Shown here piece after piece: positions 37,599-49,290 of a stretch of 64,000 nt of DNA. The stretch covers positions 3,534,001 to 3,598,000 of the forward strand of contig OZ176057.1 in the NCBI GenBank assembly GCA_964247055.1. Reading direction: 5' to 3'. Position 1 is the first letter of the stretch. Every line of letters starts with the position of its first letter. Position numbers and translations under genes: made by a program. This DNA comes from Paragordius varius. Lineage: Eukaryota > Animalia > Nematomorpha. The notes beneath the pieces were generated by a model that did no database searches, was not told the DNA's origin, and saw nothing but the letters and a program-made list of their open reading frames with translations.

Positions 37599-40500
37599 AT
37601 AATATCACTCAGAATACTGTCCTATGGAAGAAAATTCAATGCGCAAAAACAGTTCTGACATTAATTTAATTATGGACCCTCAAGGTAGTAGTATATTTTT
37701 ATTTTTATATGTGCACAAAAATACATTTAAATTTTTATATCCATATCTTCTTAAATGTTATGAATAAATTTGCATTCCTCTTTGTTTGTTACAATACACT
37801 AATCCCAAATAAAATCTTGTAATTAAAATAAAATTGATTTAATTATTTTTGGTATTACAGATAACAGAAAACATAAATGTTTCTTTTTCATACCTTTAAT
37901 TAACAATGGAAAGGTATATAAAAAAATTTAACTTTTAAGTTTAAATACTCTATTTATTCATCAATTTTAAATAAATCTTTACATATTTAGCATAGCTAAT
38001 TTTTATTTTATTTTCCTTGTTAGATGACAATAAACAACTATTCCAAGTTAATCAAACTTCTACAATACAAGCAAATAGTTTATCAAATCTTTCGAATATT
38101 TATAATGATAATTATAAAAATTATGGCGAAAATATTACAAATAGTACCACTCAAAGCCCATTCACCACTATAATCCCTGTACCTGGTATATATATCTATA
38201 TTTATATGTATAGATATTATATTATAATTTATAATTTTTTCTCACAGTTGAAAATGTATTTTGTTTTGTTAATAATTTGTTTGATACATAATCCTTCAAA
38301 ATGAATTCGTTTGACTTTTGATTGTTTTTAATGGAAAATTTCTTAATGGAAAACGGTTATATCAGGCGAATGTTTTCACGAATCAAATTCAATTTAGGTG
38401 TTTACGCTTTAACCCTAAAAAGTATAAATGAGTATTTAAACTGTATATTATATTAAAATCCAAAAAGTTAATAAATAGCTCATTGGTTTAGTATAAATGG
38501 TTTTTTTGCGAGGCACGTGATTTTACCATTGAACATAGCGCTGTCTTTTACATTTTTTCCAAAAAAACAACGCAATTCACTTTTTACTTTTGACGACCCT
38601 TTTCCGATTGGGAAACAAATGATTATTTTTGCAAAATATTTTTAATTCCTTTATCATATATATATTCCTATTTAGATAATCCAATTCTACCACCTTCAAG
38701 CGTACCACCCCTCTCAACATGGGTCATTTATTACCCCTCTTCTTCGAAAAATATGACCCGTTCTCATAACATTTTGCATGATTCTTATCATCAAAATGCA
38801 ACTGATGATTTCAAACATGCATGTTTTGTGTTGGAGAGTAGTTTAGCCCTTGATATTCAATATGGAGTTATTGTACCCATTATAAATCAAAATGGGACAA
38901 ATACGAGTTATGTTGTACAAGTGAGCCTTTTTTATCAATTTAATTTGCATTCCGACTTTTTTTTACAGTACGATTAAGTAATTAACTAACCAAGTAGGTC
39001 GGTAGGTAGACATTATTCATTAATTATTGTTTGATAAGGGCAGTATATACCATTTAAAATTCAAATTTACCCTTAAACAATCCAAATTCACTCTAAAAAT
39101 AAAAATAAATTTTTGGGATATAACTACTCATTATATGAAATTTATCTTTATGGAATTTATTATTTTTTCAGTATTACATTAAATTTAAACAAAATATTTC
39201 TTTAAAAATATAAATATTAAAAAACACATAATTTATTTTAGGATGAAATGAATTGTTCGAGGGTCAATTTGAAGTGTAAATATAGCAAAGATCAGTATTA
39301 TTGAATGGCTATAAGAATTTTTCCGGTTTTTACTACTATAAGTTATAATAAAGCTTTTTACTGTATACAATATTTTTCTAGCAACATTAAATAAAAAAGT
39401 ACCAATGTAATATATATATATATATGTATATAATCAACCTTTTTTTAATTATTTTTTATCTAACTACTTTGATTTTGCGTTTTATTTACATTAAATAACC
39501 GTAAAAATTATAATATTATATAAATAAAATGTGAAAGTTATAAAGACAGACAAACCCGCCTTTTTATAAACTTTAATTTTTGATGTAACCAAAATGATTA
39601 CAGTTTATAAATGTACGATTGATTTATAACCAATTTATATGTCCATTTGTGGTGTAGTCCTTATAATATATTTTTGTTTTTGCGTTTTTTTATTTAGTAT
39701 TCAATTATGCATGAGCATATATAAAAACTGATGCATATATATATATATATATATATACCATTTACAATTCAAATTCACCCTTAAACAACACCCTTAAACA
39801 ATTCAAATTCACCCTCAAATAAAATATATGTTTTTAGATTTAAAATTACACAATATTTTTATATATTTTTAAAAAATAGAAATTTTGTTTTAAATTTAAA
39901 TAATACTGAAAAAATAATAAACTATGCCATAAAGATATATTTCTCATTAATAATGAGTTATATTATAGTTCGAAAACACATAATTTATTTTTAGGGTGAA
40001 TTTGAATTGTTCAAGGGTGAATTTGAATTGTTTAAGGGTAATTTGACCTGTAATTGGTATATATAATTGCAATTCAATTTAAAAATTTAGCATTTGTAAG
40101 AATTTTTTTAACATCCATGTTTTACCATATTTTTGGTATAAAATGATTTTCTTTTCATTCTTGCAAAAAATAATTATAAAATTTATATGTGTACTGTTTT
40201 TCTAAATACGATTATGAAACATCATAAAAAATATCATTTGCTTTTTTCGTACCGACACCAGTTATGTTCAATTATAATTAATTTATTAATTAATAACATA
40301 GTAAAAAAAAAATATTTGTCGTAAGCTATGAAAATTTGTATACTTACCCTTATGATATAACAATAAACTATAATTTATTATATTCAAGTTAAAATTACAA
40401 TTCATCTAGCGATAATTGAATGAGTTTTTTTAAAATGAATGTTCGATTATCAAACGTAAAAATAAAATTAAAATGCAAACTATAAAATTAACCTATAAAA

Positions 40501-43500
40501 CATAATATAAACATGAGAAATAAAATAAAATTAAATCAAAAAAATTATAAAAACTCATTTATTTTTTTGTAGAATAAAACGGTCCGTATAGCTGTACCCG
40601 GTTACGATCGTAATAAAACTCAACACGCCCTACCCAACGGCGTACACATTAGAGGGAAATGTAATGTTAAAGCCAACTACATATTTTCCCCTTTTCCTTT
40701 TGCTTCGCAAGAGCTTTCAATCACCTTCCCCGTCAATAATATACGTTGGCAATTGAATTTTACCATAGAAAATGTTAATCAATCAGTTCCCAGTCAAAAT
40801 TTTACCATAAAAGGTATATATATATATATAAATTTATCCTTGAACAATTCATATTTAACCTAAAAATTTATGTCTTTTCGGGCGAATATGATTATTCATC
40901 ATCAATATGTAATATATCTTTATGGCATACTTTGAAATTTGTAAGTTTTAATTTTCAAACAAAATTTAATTTTCTTAATTTATATATAGGTAATTTTTTA
41001 ATTTTAAGATACCCCTAATTTATTTTAGGGTGAATTTGAATTGTTCAGGGCTATTTGAAGTTAGGATATATATATATCATTTGCAATTCAAATTCATCCC
41101 TAAACAGTTCAAATTTACCCTCGAACAATTCAAATTCACCCTCAAATAAATTATATGTTTATAAGATGAAAATTAACTATATTTCAATATATTTTCAAAA
41201 AATTAAATTATGTTTAAAATTTAAATAATACTGAAAAATAAACTATGCCATAAAGCTATATTTCATTTTGATAATGTGTTAAATTGGTTAGAAAACACAT
41301 AATTTATTTTTAGGTTAAATTTGAAATGTTCAAGGGTGAATTTGAGAAAATGGTATATATATATATATATATATTTCAAGAAGAGTAAAGACTTTTTATG
41401 TATGTATATATAGAGAAAATCAATAGTTTTTTTTCTTAGTAAATCGAATGTTTTGGGAAATTATATATAATAAAAAAATAATTTTTGATTTTTTTAACTT
41501 GATAAATATAAAATTGAATGGTTGATGCCAATTTGCTTGCACCTTTCTATCATATTTTTCACCCTAAAAATGATACATACTTGAGACTTTATTATAAAAA
41601 GATATTAGCTTCAAAAATATGGTATATTATTCAAAATAATATTTGTTAATTTATTCCTTTATAATTTTCATCGATATTTGATTTGTGAAAACATTCGCTT
41701 TACTATATCTTATTGTCAAATTTAAATTTAATTTCTTGTTAAAAAAGACGTATAAATGTTTGGAGTATATTATATTTGCAGAAAGTTTTTAATCTTAACA
41801 CTTAAAATACTTTGTCCTTTTTTTAGAACTAACAATAGTTTATATACCATTTACATTTAAAATCTTGACCAATTAGAATTCACCCTAAAATAAATTGTGT
41901 TTAAGATTTTCCATACATTTTTTTATATGTTTTTAAAAATGAAATTTTGTTTAAAATTAAAATAATACGGGAAAATTAATAAACTATGCCATAAAGATAT
42001 ATTTCATATTAATAATAAATTATTTAACTCGAAAACTCATATTTTAGGTGAAATTGAATCGTAAATGGTATATATTTTAATGTTAGAAAATATAATTGAG
42101 TTTTACGAAAAAAAGATTATGCCGTATATAACTCATATCACCTTAACCATATCAAGTACAAAAAAATAATCTGGATAAAAATATTTTAAACTTTGATAAA
42201 AGAATATTCACACAATCACATGAATTATTGTATTAAACAATTTTTGTTTCAAATATTTTTACTTGGGTTTGAAACCGTCCATTTTTATAATTTATTTATA
42301 TATTCTGATATATAGAACCATTCTATCGATTACAATCAATGAATTTGCGTTATAATACCGAATCTTTTGACGATGCAGTGCATCCAGGTAACATTGCACT
42401 TTTTATTTTTCCTTTTATAAATTTTTAAAATGCCTCCTTATTTTTGACATACAGTAAAAAATGATATTATACGGACAAAACGTAAAAATATAAAGACAAA
42501 TATTTTTTTTGAAAAAGATAACCATAGTTTTTAAATCATGATATATTTCAATATAACTCTATCTTTTAAATGGCAAGTATGAAAAAGATATATATATATA
42601 TATATATAATTATAACACAATCTCTATATTTTACAATTGTAACAATAGCTTATATGAGAAAAAATAAGGTTTAAAAAAATATGGTTGTCTTTTAGATAAA
42701 AATATTTGTTTTATATTATTACGTTCGTTTTGTCCGTATAATTTAAACTTTTACTATATTGTATCTTATTAAAATACATATATATATATATATATATATA
42801 AATCGTTTCCCCTAAACTGACAAGTTAGTTAGTTTTTTTCAATTATATGAAACTAAACATTAAAAACCGAAGAAGTTTTTAAACACTTTACGGGGTATTT
42901 TTTTGTGATTTAGCTGAAACCTATATAAGCTTACCCGATAACACGGCCATAGTCAAGGCCAATGGACCAGTGGTAGGCAATGAATTTTTAGGGTCTCCTC
43001 ATGCAAATACTACCTTGATTTGTATTTCACACACTCGGTTAGCCCTAAATGCCAATGTTAGCTTACACGCGTACGGACTCAAATTTCACCCATTTATCCC
43101 TTACAATTATAGCGCTAATATTCCACCCAAATACATTAATGGTTCAGCTCGGGAACCGAATAGCACAACATTGGATCCACACGCCTACTTTTTTAATCAA
43201 TGTAAGTGTCTTTTCATTTCTTTCTTGATTTTCTATCTATGCTTGAAAATGAGATTTTTTGGATAAAACTAGGGTGGTCTGCTTTGTTTTTATCATTGAT
43301 AATCAGTTGGGTTTTAACCCGTAAAAATGAGGGTTTATACGTGAGATTAATGATTGAAATTTAAAAATTTTGTAAATTTTTTATCCGAATTGAAGATTTA
43401 TATCTATAACCACACAATTAATACCACAATGCAAAGTATGTAACCAATTGAAACGCTTATATTAGTGCTTATAACCTCAGGATTATAAAGCAAAAAGGAT

Positions 43501-45484
43501 TGAAATTTTAATATTATTCTCATGTTTTAGATTTTTTGCCTTAATTATATACAGTAAAACTTAAATTATACGGACAAAAAGTAAAAATATAACGATATAT
43601 ATTTTTTTCTAAAAGACATTTATAAACCTTAATCTTTCTCATATAAATTATATAATTACATTTGTATATACAATCGATTTTGTAACCAATATACATATCA
43701 TATACTTTGCAATTTAAAACAATTAACTATTAAGTTTAAAAAAGTACGGATGTTTAGAAAAACATTTGTCTTTATATTTTTAGTTTTCATCTGTATAATT
43801 TAAAATTGTACTGTAAATATTGAATTACATTAATAAAAATGTGCTTAAACTTTTAATATTAATAATTTTACAAAATTAAAACAATTAAAACCATTTTCAA
43901 ATTACACCTCTCTTATATTTAACAATATGATATCCAATTCCGATATGAAATTTTAGGGTCGTTTCATATAAGGATTATTATATATATCGCAAACATTTCA
44001 GTATAGATTTGCCGTGCCGATAGATTCTATAGTGATGTTTTTCGTTCTAAAAGCCAAAAGCCTATATATAAAAATTTGGAAAGAAAAATTATTTTATCAA
44101 AAAAAAAATAATATATCATATATTCATATATATATATATTACAATGTTTAGTATGGATTTGCCGTGCAGATAGATTTATTAGTGATGTCGTCCCTATTGC
44201 AGTTGGTTCTGCTCTGGCACTCCTAATTGTGTGCGTTTTAGTAGCTTATATACTGGGGAGACGTCGAATCTCGGCCTCAAATAGTATATGAAATAATATT
44301 TATATAAATTTAAATTTTAATAACTGACATTCTTTAACGAATGAAAAATATGGTGTTACCAGATTTTGAGAAGATTTAGTTATCAATGGATTATACAATA
44401 AAAATGATATATAGAAATTTAAAAATTTAATTAGCATATTATTTTACCATTTTAAGCGGTTTCCACATCCTTTTGATTAACCAAAATTTTAGTTTTAAAC
44501 AGTTTATTCTTAAATCTAAATTAGCTAAATATTGATTGTGAAAACCATAAAAAATCAGAATTATTATATTAGCTCCTATATTATTTTTTTCTTATTTTAC
44601 GGCGAAATCCATATTCACTTACTATTCACCAAATACTCGTTGTTAGTTACTTTATTAGTATACTATATAATTTTTATAAACTAATAAATCATTTTTACTT
44701 AAATTAATGAAAAAAAACTTTTGATAGATGGTCATTTTTTTATTGTAAGAATATTTTTTTGGCTTTAGATCAAAAATTAGATATTTTTTGTTGCCAGTAT
44801 ATGTTTATGTAAGGATATATAGAAAAATACAAATATTGAAAGCAAACAGGTTGATTATATATATATATATATATATTTATGAATCATTTAAATTTATACT
44901 GTAAACTAAACAATTGAATATGATATCGAATATTAATATGGCTTAAAATGTATATTTATTGGTTTCATTTTCTTGTTTTGTTGTTTCCGTTATAATTTTT
45001 TTATTTCAATCAAAAATATATTTTACTTTTTTAAATTTCTTTTGTATATTTTTTTAAACAAACCATATAATTAAATTAACTTGATATATTTTAATTATAA
45101 AATATAATTGATATTAAAAAACCTTCGTATTTGTAATTTTTCAAGCACTTATGAGTACGGTACAATTATTAGACTCATTGGGGGGAGTCACAGATTTATG
45201 TATATTATCACCCATGCAATATTGGTTTAAATGCAGTCATTGAAAATCTTTACCTTAATTTATCCATCCTTATAGGGAATTTTTACAGTGTATATACATA
45301 TCTGTATGCAACTATTCTCTAAATTATTTTTACTACACTAATTTTTTTAGGTTATGAAAATGCTGGTGATTTAGATGGTGGTACATCAAACTCTGGAAAT
45401 CCCAATAGCCTTTGGAAACGTTTTAAACGCGTCGTAAAGTCAGGAACATCCGAAGAGCCTGGAACTTATCAACCTATTGAATAA
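34789..45484 (+). CDS. LAMP1: Lysosome-associated membrane glycoprotein (LAMP family), 13 exons, ~664 aa: 34789-34965, 35044-35167, 35241-35366, 36240-36378, 37219-37301, 37613-37684, 38024-38185, 38676-38920, 40573-40813, 42316-42387, 42914-43201, 44152-44283, 45351-45484
   Basis: All intron phases are compatible. Signal peptide MLKKILIFLLFLHVKG, many N-glycosylation sequons, a S/T/P-rich hinge, and ACFVLESSLALDIQY (cf. TCLLASMGLQLN.TY). TM CRADRFISDVVPIAVGSALALLIVCVLVAYILGRRR is the LAMP signature and the tail ends TYQPIE. Exact paralog assignment is nominal. Confidence 0.88.
39049..39277. mobile_element. MITE family B copy (LAMP intron)
   Basis: tata-ccatttaaaattcaaatttacccttaaac ... agggtcaatttgaagtgtaaata. 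Confidence 0.65.
39758..40057. mobile_element. MITE family B copy in a (TA)n tract
   Basis: (ta)n-ccatttacaattcaaattcaccc ... agggtaatttgacctgtaattgg-tatata. Confidence 0.8.
41077..41353. mobile_element. MITE family B copy between (TA)n tracts
   Basis: tcatttgcaattcaaattcatccctaaacagttcaaatttaccc ... caagggtgaatttgagaaaatgg-(ta)n; a further partial copy at ~40830-41050. Confidence 0.75.
41847..42068. mobile_element. MITE family B, internally deleted copy
   Basis: tata-ccatttacattt ... ggtgaaattgaatcgtaaatgg-tata. Confidence 0.7.
42452..42756. mobile_element. MITE family A
   Basis: ta-cagtaaaaaatgatattatacggacaaaacg ... cgttttgtccgtataatttaaacttttacta. Confidence 0.8.
43552..43813. mobile_element. 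MITE family A
   Basis: ta-cagtaaaacttaaattatacggacaaaaag ... ctgtataatttaaaattgtactg-ta. Confidence 0.8.
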
Positions 45485-46478
45485 TCATACTTTTTTTCAT
45501 TTCAATATATACGGGTTTCGGGTCTTAAAATTAAATTTTTTTACAGTAAAATTTGTTTTTTTAAAGTTGATTGATTCTTTTTCAACCACACATTATATTT
45601 TCACAAACAGTTTAATATCTTAGTTTAAAGTTTTACCCTTAGTTACGATACTAAAACCTTTTATTTTTAATTATCGAATTTCTGCCTAATTACATTTTGA
45701 CCCAAACCTTGTATTTAAACCATGATGCATGTGTAAAATATTTTTATTTCTGATATAAAAAGGAGAATCTAATTACAATGTGATTTAATTTGCGTTTTTT
45801 TTTTCAATTTATCTGTACACCCCACACAATAATATAGCTATACCCACTTATTCACTACTCTATTATTTAAACACATATTTTTTCCATTTAAATCAAAAGT
45901 AGTTTATATAATTTAGTATCAATGGATATTATTTATATATATATATCAGATTTTTTAGTTTTTTAATATATTTACTAATAAATAAATAATTGAAAATCAT
46001 ATATACTACCAATGAGTCGGCTTATAAGGCGAAATTAAACAGATACTCGGGTGTTTTATCATAACATTTTGAGGTCATATAAAATCTGTGCTTCTGTTTA
46101 GACAAAAGTTATTAAGATATCTCATATTTGGTTTTAATATCAGAGTTAAGAATTGGGAGTAATAGATAACAGGTAAAATATGCAACAGAAAAGGTGAGAA
46201 GTCACAGAAAACTCGACAACCATGATGTAAAAAAAACTAAACACCTTTATATTATTTGGCTAAGCAATCAGCTATGGAAAGAATGACATCGATTTTTATA
46301 TTAATATAAACAGTAATTAAAATAACGCCATACAAAATTGAAATAGACGCAAATTATACAAAAAAAGTCTGCTAAGCTTTGATTTAAAAACATGAGAATA
46401 TCATACCATTTTGATAATGATTGACAAGTGTTAGAAATACAATTTATTTTTACATATTAAATTTTATTAAAAAATTGG

Positions 46479-47831
46479 TCAACATGGCTGACAACCGCAT
46501 TTATCAATGACTAAAATCTGTTTTGTTATATAAATTATGTCTTTTATATCAATGGAGGTTCTTTTTTCCCTGGTTTGTGTAGGAACCTGAGGAGTAGATT
46601 TTATAAAATGAGATGTATGAGGTAATGTGGAATTATCATTCCGCTTTATACGATTAACTGTAATGTTGGGTTTAATAATTTTATAATCATTTCTTGATTT
46701 TTCCCCTTCAGTTTTCTTATTATCAACTTGAGGTGAAATATTCCTATTGGGTTGATCATATCTAACTTTGTTTGCACGTCCCGAATTAAATTGTGAAATA
46801 CCTAATTTATAGAGGAAATTAATTAAATTGCTATTATTACGGCTATTGTGGATGTGAATGTTGGTCATTGTGTGCTGTTTGTCAAAAATTTTATTCATAA
46901 ATCCATTTTTAGAATAATTTAAATTAGTTCTAGTAGATTCCTTGACTTCTTTAAAAAATTGAGCATCCTGCCCTAACTTTTTGATTAGAATTTTTCGACA
47001 CTTGATGCGAATAACCTCGTAATGTGCTCTAACAGGTCCACATGAAGAACAAAAACGAACTTTTGCCAGCATATCACTAGTTTGGTGTGAGCTAGGTTTG
47101 GCAGAATCTATATCTCTTCGTTTGGTAAAATGCGTATATTTATTGAGTTTAACATGTGGAGTAGCTGGAGAATCTTTTAAAATTTTATTCTTTTGTCGAA
47201 AGTTGTCATTTGAGTTGGTTGTAATTTGCTCATTTATATTGGCTTGTGATTGATAAAATTTGGATTTATAAGCAGATGATTTCGTTCGCACATCTGAATG
47301 GTGAGGTGGATAAACGAAACTATGACAAGCTCCAAAACAAAAATTATTTTGAATAGTGATTGGTGTCGTACACTTGTATCGGTACATGAAGCTCAATGAT
47401 GATGAAAATAATTCTTTGTCAAAGGAATAGATATTTGCATTATCCTTTAAATGATTAAGTTGATTATTAGGGTCAATATTAGAATGATCAAATTGGAAAC
47501 TTTCGAGTTCCTCCAAAACGCCATTCTCTGCTATATCAATAGTTTGATTAAACGGAACTTGTTTACATTTTTCTCTCCACCCAAATAATTCAGGGAACAG
47601 GGGAACCCGATACTGTTCAGGATATTTTTTGAAAATGCCATAAAGTTTATTCATCTCCTCGGGACTTTTTAAATCATGTTTTTCCGTGTTGCCTTCAGGA
47701 TTGTTATCAGGTGTATAAAGGTTGTAATTTTTTAAAGAGTATTGCATTTCTCCATAGAGGTCATATATGATTATCAAATTTATTAAGGAAACATAATGCA
47801 TATTGGAATTCCAATGGCTAAATTTAACCAT
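46479..47831 (-). CDS. DAN/NBL1/Gremlin-family cystine-knot protein (BMP antagonist-like) with three large insertions, single 450-aa ORF
   Basis: CKQVPFNQTI...CTTPITIQNNFCFGACHSFVYP...CSSCGP.....VIRIKC...ILVIDKCGCQPC parallels NBL1 (C..K.ITQ.V...C....IQN..C.GQC.S...P...CDSC.P......VTLEC...KI..CSCQAC). Hydrophobic N-terminal segment MHYVSLINLIIIYDLYG. Confidence 0.8.
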   Translation of the reverse strand: MVKFSHWNSNMHYVSLINLIIIYDLYGEMQYSLKNYNLYTPDNNPEGNTEKHDLKSPEEMNKLYGIFKKYPEQYRVPLFPELFGWREKCKQVPFNQTIDIAENGVLEELESFQFDHSNIDPNNQLNHLKDNANIYSFDKELFSSSLSFMYRYKCTTPITIQNNFCFGACHSFVYPPHHSDVRTKSSAYKSKFYQSQANINEQITTNSNDNFRQKNKILKDSPATPHVKLNKYTHFTKRRDIDSAKPSSHQTSDMLAKVRFCSSCGPVRAHYEVIRIKCRKILIKKLGQDAQFFKEVKESTRTNLNYSKNGFMNKIFDKQHTMTNIHIHNSRNNSNLINFLYKLGISQFNSGRANKVRYDQPNRNISPQVDNKKTEGEKSRNDYKIIKPNITVNRIKRNDNSTLPHTSHFIKSTPQVPTQTREKRTSIDIKDIIYITKQILVIDKCGCQPC

Positions 47832-49290
47832 TTAAACTTATATTAGCTTACAATTTTATGAAATATTACTTATTTTTAATCATTGGATATGTTTTTTTAC
47901 TATTACATATATAATTTTCCACCTCTCTCATAAAATTCATGTAATGAAACAATGGTATTTACATTTCAAAAAATAAACTAAAAAAAATTTATAAACATCA
48001 GACAACTTTTACAAAACATCATTTATCAAATGTTAAAATACATTTATTTTATACAACTTCGCATAAGTGTTAAATTTGATAAAACATTATTTTTTTAAAA
48101 AGAAAGTTCATTTTTATGATTTGTAGCTAACAGAGTTCATAAATACTACTTTGATTTATTCCATAATGGGAGGAGTTAATACTAACATGCATGAAAATGA
48201 AATATTATTGGTTAAGATATGTCTTTTATTTGGTGCAATGGAGAAAATATTATATAATGAATTTTTTAAACTCGCTTGAATACAATTGAATTTTCCCTTT
48301 GTGCATATTTGGAAAGCTAACAATATTCTACTGTTATATTTTTACAACACATTTAGCAGCGTTGATTAATGATTTTTACCAAAGTACACTTAGAAGTTGG
48401 GTGGCCTTAAATTGCAAAGATATACGAAATAAGATAAAAATATATGCTTAAAAAAATTATACAGGAAATGTTAATAAAAGCAAGAAAATTTGTATATCGT
48501 TATTTTATTGCCAACTTTATAAGATGGCCATAAATGTATTTAGGTTAAACAACAGTAAGGCTACAGGAAAAATCTAACTTTTTAGTACAGTTGCAATTTT
48601 CAAAGTAGAACCCTGTCACTCTTTTACAATCATGTTTTTAAATTCTTAAAATAGTTTTCAATATGATGTTAAGACACCCTCAATCCATATATCACAATCG
48701 GGTATTTAATAATTTAAATCATCTGGATATATTAAAAATTTAAGAGCTTAAAAAAACATGAATGGCAATATAAAATTATTTTTTTCTTATCCAAATAAAT
48801 CAGTTAACGTATTTTGTTTTATAGTTTTACCTTTTTAAAGATCCATGTAAAAAATAGGCATTTTGTTCAAATTAACATATTTTTCAAATTTTTTAGTCAA
48901 AATTTCATATGACCTAAATGTATTAAACAGCAAGGTTATTCTTAAAAATATATAATTGTTTACAATAAACACAAAATTAATAAAAAAATTTATTTTAAAA
49001 TTTATACATAAAATTAAAATTTTATACCATAAATTTTATTATAATATCACGTATTCGTATATTCGAAGTGATTCCATATACACTGTGTACTTATAGATAA
49101 ATGAATCTTGATTCATATGAAGTTGCTGGTTTTGAGGCTAATGAATAATTTATGAACACATTTGTGATAACTGCTCCATATCGGAAAATCGCAAAGTTAG
49201 TTCTCAATATCCCCAAAAAATTTTTCATTGATCAATAATAACAATTTGATTCTTTTAGAATTTTATCTATTTTACAAAATGAATAAATAT

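Noticed and set aside
37861-37913. AG...GT-bounded 53-nt segment in LAMP intron 6
   Set aside because: Length is not a multiple of 3 between two phase-1 junctions, so inclusion would frameshift; not needed for the model.
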